A stretch of 63,614 nucleotides of DNA, filler included, from Globobulimina sp. (lineage: Eukaryota): the NCBI GenBank assembly GCA_003354225.1. It is 57 parts of 57 records of this genome, joined end to end, with 100 filler letters (N's around TTAATTAATTAA, not from the genome) between each part and the next. Parts side by side here need not be neighbours in the genome. Positions count along the whole stretch, not along the records: positions 60,364 to 61,380 come from PIVH01025713.1; positions 61,481 to 62,497 come from PIVH01025714.1; positions 62,598 to 63,614 come from PIVH01025715.1; 54 more parts are not named here. One strand, written 5' to 3'. The position numbers and the translations under genes were made by a program. This document shows positions 60,459 to 63,614 of this stretch, piece by piece. Below the pieces are notes generated by a model. The model was not told the DNA's origin and made no database searches. It was given only the letters and a program-made list of their open reading frames with translations. How positions within the stretch are numbered: position 1 is the stretch's first letter; every line of letters starts with the position of its first letter.

Positions 60459-61250
60459 ATGCTGTCTTGTACAGATTATAATATCAACACAATATTGCGG
60501 ATTTCACCATATTTATCAAATATATCTTTTATTTATAGCAAGAAAAAATATGATGAAGTTAACTATACGGAAGATGTGGTTGTTTCAAAATTATGTAATT
60601 TTAATTATAAAGATTTAGTGGAATATGAGGAAGAAAGCAATGTATATTTTATGAATTTAGGATCAAATGAAAAAGAGTGTCAATTTAAAAATGGATATTT
60701 CGCCACACCAAATTGGATATGGCCCAAATACTATACAATGGTAATGTGGGTGAAATGGAATATGGATTTATATACATTAACAACATTCGATTCTGGTGGA
60801 AGTGTCCCGATTGTTGTTACTAATAAAAAATTAGGAGTGGATAGGGCACATAATTGGGTATACACAGATTGTAAAATTGAAGATGATAAATGGCAATTTA
60901 TTGCAGTTTGCGCAGGAAATATGTCTTCGTCTTTTTATATTGGTGATTTAGAAAATAAAATAAAGTTTGCACAAACAATTGAAAATGATATAAGTGATAT
61001 GGTTACATATAAAATAGGAAATCCTCACCAAGGACCTGGCAAAATTGCAATGATGAAAGTATTTAATTATAAAATTGATATTGAACAACTTGAAAATGAA
61101 TATTATAGTTCAAGATATGAAATATCATTGCAATGGAATGAGGAGGAACTACAAATGATTAAAAATATATTAATGGAATATATCATTGTTCATGGAATTA
61201 TTGATTGTATAATAAGTTATTCATCATTCCTAAATTGTCGCAAAAAATAA
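60459..61250 (+). CDS. ConA/LamG-like domain protein
   Basis: YTMVMWVKW, DDKWQFIAV, FYIG, IGN...GKIAMMKVFN. Confidence 0.7.
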   Translation: MLSCTDYNINTILRISPYLSNISFIYSKKKYDEVNYTEDVVVSKLCNFNYKDLVEYEEESNVYFMNLGSNEKECQFKNGYFATPNWIWPKYYTMVMWVKWNMDLYTLTTFDSGGSVPIVVTNKKLGVDRAHNWVYTDCKIEDDKWQFIAVCAGNMSSSFYIGDLENKIKFAQTIENDISDMVTYKIGNPHQGPGKIAMMKVFNYKIDIEQLENEYYSSRYEISLQWNEEELQMIKNILMEYIIVHGIIDCIISYSSFLNCRKK

Positions 61251-61480
61251 ATATCTTTTCGTTAACAATTCAATTTTGACTTTCAATGTTTTTATTTTGA
61301 ATAATCTGTAAAAAACTGTAAATTCAAAGAGTTTACAGTAAAAAACAGTAATTTCAAACTGAAAAGCAAAAAGTTAAATGNNNNNNNNNNNNNNNNNNNN
61401 NNNNNNNNNNNNNNNNNNNNNNNNTTAATTAATTAANNNNNNNNNNNNNNNNNNNNNNNNNNNNNNNNNNNNNNNNNNNN

Positions 61481-61721
61481 GGGTGTTCATTATATTGCTA
61501 CCCAGAACGTTACCAATTGCGAGCCCTGTACTACCCTTTAAGCTTGCAAATACATTTATTACTAACTCAGGTAGTGATGTGCCCAATGCAACTATAGTTA
61601 ACCCTACTATGAGTTGCGACATTCCTGCTCTTATGCCAATTTAAGACGCTCCGTCAACTAACAATTTGGCACCGAAAATCAGAATAACAAAGCCGACACC
61701 AAATAATATATAAGTGATCAT
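61481..61721 (-). pseudogene. yrbG: Bacterial Ca2+/Na+ antiporter N-terminus with in-frame TAA at 61641..61643
   Basis: MITYILF...LVDGAS*IG...GLTIVALGTSLPEL...AIGNVLGSNI (CaCA alpha-1 repeat). Confidence 0.85.
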
Positions 61722-61730
61722 TTAGCTGTT

Positions 61731-61870
61731 CTAATAATTACGTTCACCAAAAATTTTTGTACCAACTCTAATCATTGTGCTGCCTTCTTCAATAGCAATT
61801 TTATAATCTCCCGACATACCCATTGAGATTTCTTTAAAATAAGGTTGACTGTTAAAATATTTGTTCTTCA
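61731..61870 (-). CDS. yggS: PLP homeostasis protein YggS C-terminus (Bacteroidota-like)
   Basis: [30 protein letters not shown]. Confidence 0.92.
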
Positions 61871-62418
61871 ATATTGTTGTTATGGACAGATTCCAATGGT
61901 AATTGGGAGCATTTGACGCTATTTTCAACTAAAATCAGCACTTTGCCGTAACCATTATGCATAATCATTGGTGTGTAGCCAGGTGGCGACCAGCAATGAT
62001 CGTGTATGTCGTACGTAACTCGTGTTTCTTGCAGGAAGAATGCGTCCGGTTTTTTTGTGTGAATTATGTAGTTTATGACAGTGATGATGTTCGGCGTAAT
62101 GCTATTCACATTCCATTGGACTAATAATAGACCGCCGCGCCGATGATATAAAATACTGTCTAAGTTTGAAGGGTCATTGGTTTCATTTGATTTGTTTGTG
62201 ATATCTAAGGAGGGAGCTGTAGGATTAAGGGGGTTATAAATCGCAGGTTTTGAGTTAGAATCGCATGAATTGTATATTTCATTTGAATCTGTGTGAATTG
62301 TATCATCTGAATCTGATTCATATTGATTATGATGTGAAGGGGTGAAATTGTTGGAGATTATGTTGGAATATGTAGTTGAATATAAATGACTGTGTGGGGG
62401 CTTGGGGTCAGTCATCAT
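61870..62418 (-). mobile_element. Non-LTR retrotransposon apurinic-like endonuclease N-terminus
   Basis: LLLVQWNVNSI...PDAFFLQET...PGY...GKVLILV. Confidence 0.75.
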
Positions 62419-62738
62419 GAATTTTTAGGGAAGGGGGTGTTTGGTTGCGTGCTGCAAGAATTATTATTATTGTTGTTATTGATTGTTTTGTTTGTTANNN
62501 NNNNNNNNNNNNNNNNNNNNNNNNNNNNNNNNNNNNNNNNNTTAATTAATTAANNNNNNNNNNNNNNNNNNNNNNNNNNNNNNNNNNNNNNNNNNNNGGG
62601 GAATGGTCGCCGAAAATGCTATGGGGCTCTATTTTTGACCGAAAAATTGCCAAAACAGCTCAAAATTGTCTAAAAACGCCTTATTTAAGCTTAAAATAGC
62701 CGTAGAATGCATAATTAGAGCTAAATAGGACTAATAAT

Positions 62739-63490
62739 GTGTTAGTTTTGTCAAATAATAATAATATTGCGGATAATATATCCAAAATTTTTGGCATCGC
62801 TCGAAACCCCACCCCCTCTCCCATTCCCTACCAAACCACACGTAAGGTAGTGTGCATTGTACTGCATGGTTTTTTATTATTTCAGAACGTAGAATCGCTA
62901 GGAACTGGTACTGCATCCGAATTGAAAGCCATAGTGGCAACATTTAAAAAGAAATGCAACAATGAACGTGCTCGACATGTGTTTTTCCGTGGTTTTTGTC
63001 TAAAGACCGGAGTTAAATTCGAGGAGTTAAAACAGACATATGGTTGTTGGACCAAACGAAATTCATATTCTCGTTATTTACCGGATTATACAAAATTTTA
63101 TTTGAAGAAACCAACATTAGATGACATGCCAGCAAGCTGGATAAGTTATTATAAGGTATGTGTACTGCACGTGAGTGCATTATCAATTATTTTTGAATTG
63201 TGGCATAATGAGGAAAGGTCGTTTCGTCGCCTTCTATGCCATAGATGTGATAGATGTACAGTATGTACATACATACATGCATACAGTTTAAGGTTGCTGT
63301 ACGTACATATTTATAGCACCATTAAGCAATACTTTTATTGTGGTCGTACGATGTGATGACTACATGTACATACGAATGTGCATGATGTAGATATGTCGAT
63401 GACCTTTTTTGGTTTTTTAGCTTGCGATCGAAGATGTAAAGGCACAATCGAACGAACGCAATGTTCATAAGGAAACCAACCTCGACCTTC
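62739..63490 (+). CDS. Unidentified spliced gene; intron 63156..63420, donor at 63491
   Basis: ...ISYYK|GTATGT...TTTTAG|LAIEDVKAQ...|GTAAGT. Confidence 0.4.
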
Positions 63491-63614
63491 GTAAGTTTGC
63501 ATAATATCGCCGTTGTGGTGGAAGGATGAGCTACTGTAAAGTGCAGTTTTTTCAAAAATTAATGATAACACACTATCAAAGTTACATCATATCATACGTA
63601 TGTAGGTACTGTAT

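Noticed and set aside
61641..61643. TAA recoding in yrbG
   Set aside because: A single case, explained by one substitution (for example TCA to TAA) or an error.
1020..62597. Regularly spaced TTAATTAATTAA palindrome resembling an array
   Set aside because: Embedded in N-runs at fixed spacing; a concatenation linker, not biology.

Overview
This window is not a continuous locus. It is 57 unrelated contigs sorted by length (11 of 1019 bp, 23 of 1018 bp, 23 of 1017 bp), joined by an artificial 100-nt spacer (N44-TTAATTAATTAA-N44, stops in all six frames). Nothing can be inferred across spacers, and ORF ends reading 'XXX/LIN' are artefacts. Most contigs come from an AT-rich eukaryote with short GT-AG introns (mostly about 50-100 nt) and the standard code. 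The gene mix (divergent 7TM proteins, ART-like and RelA/SpoT-like families) suggests a foraminiferan or other rhizarian, which is my inference. Recognisable eukaryotic genes are LSD1, SF3A1, MMUT, FARS2, GSR, an HSPA12-like protein, a Rab, and LIM, C2H2, lectin, ankyrin and PH-domain proteins. There is also an animal-type polycystin-1-like fragment, a possible Polinton/adintovirus fragment, one bacterial contig (M14 peptidase) and at least five bacterial/eukaryote chimeric contigs typical of whole-genome amplification. I cannot demonstrate a multi-gene novel system. The best leads are: a RelA/SpoT-like nucleotidyltransferase whose predicted intron encodes an acidic motif shared with an ART-like family; a 147-bp MITE family (3 copies); a tRNA-derived repeat (2 copies); GNA-triloop foldback elements; a Ly6/three-finger-like domain in a protist-type gene; an intron bounded by a 10-bp direct repeat; and two frameshifts at AAT-TAR. 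All family calls are by motif recognition, not database search.
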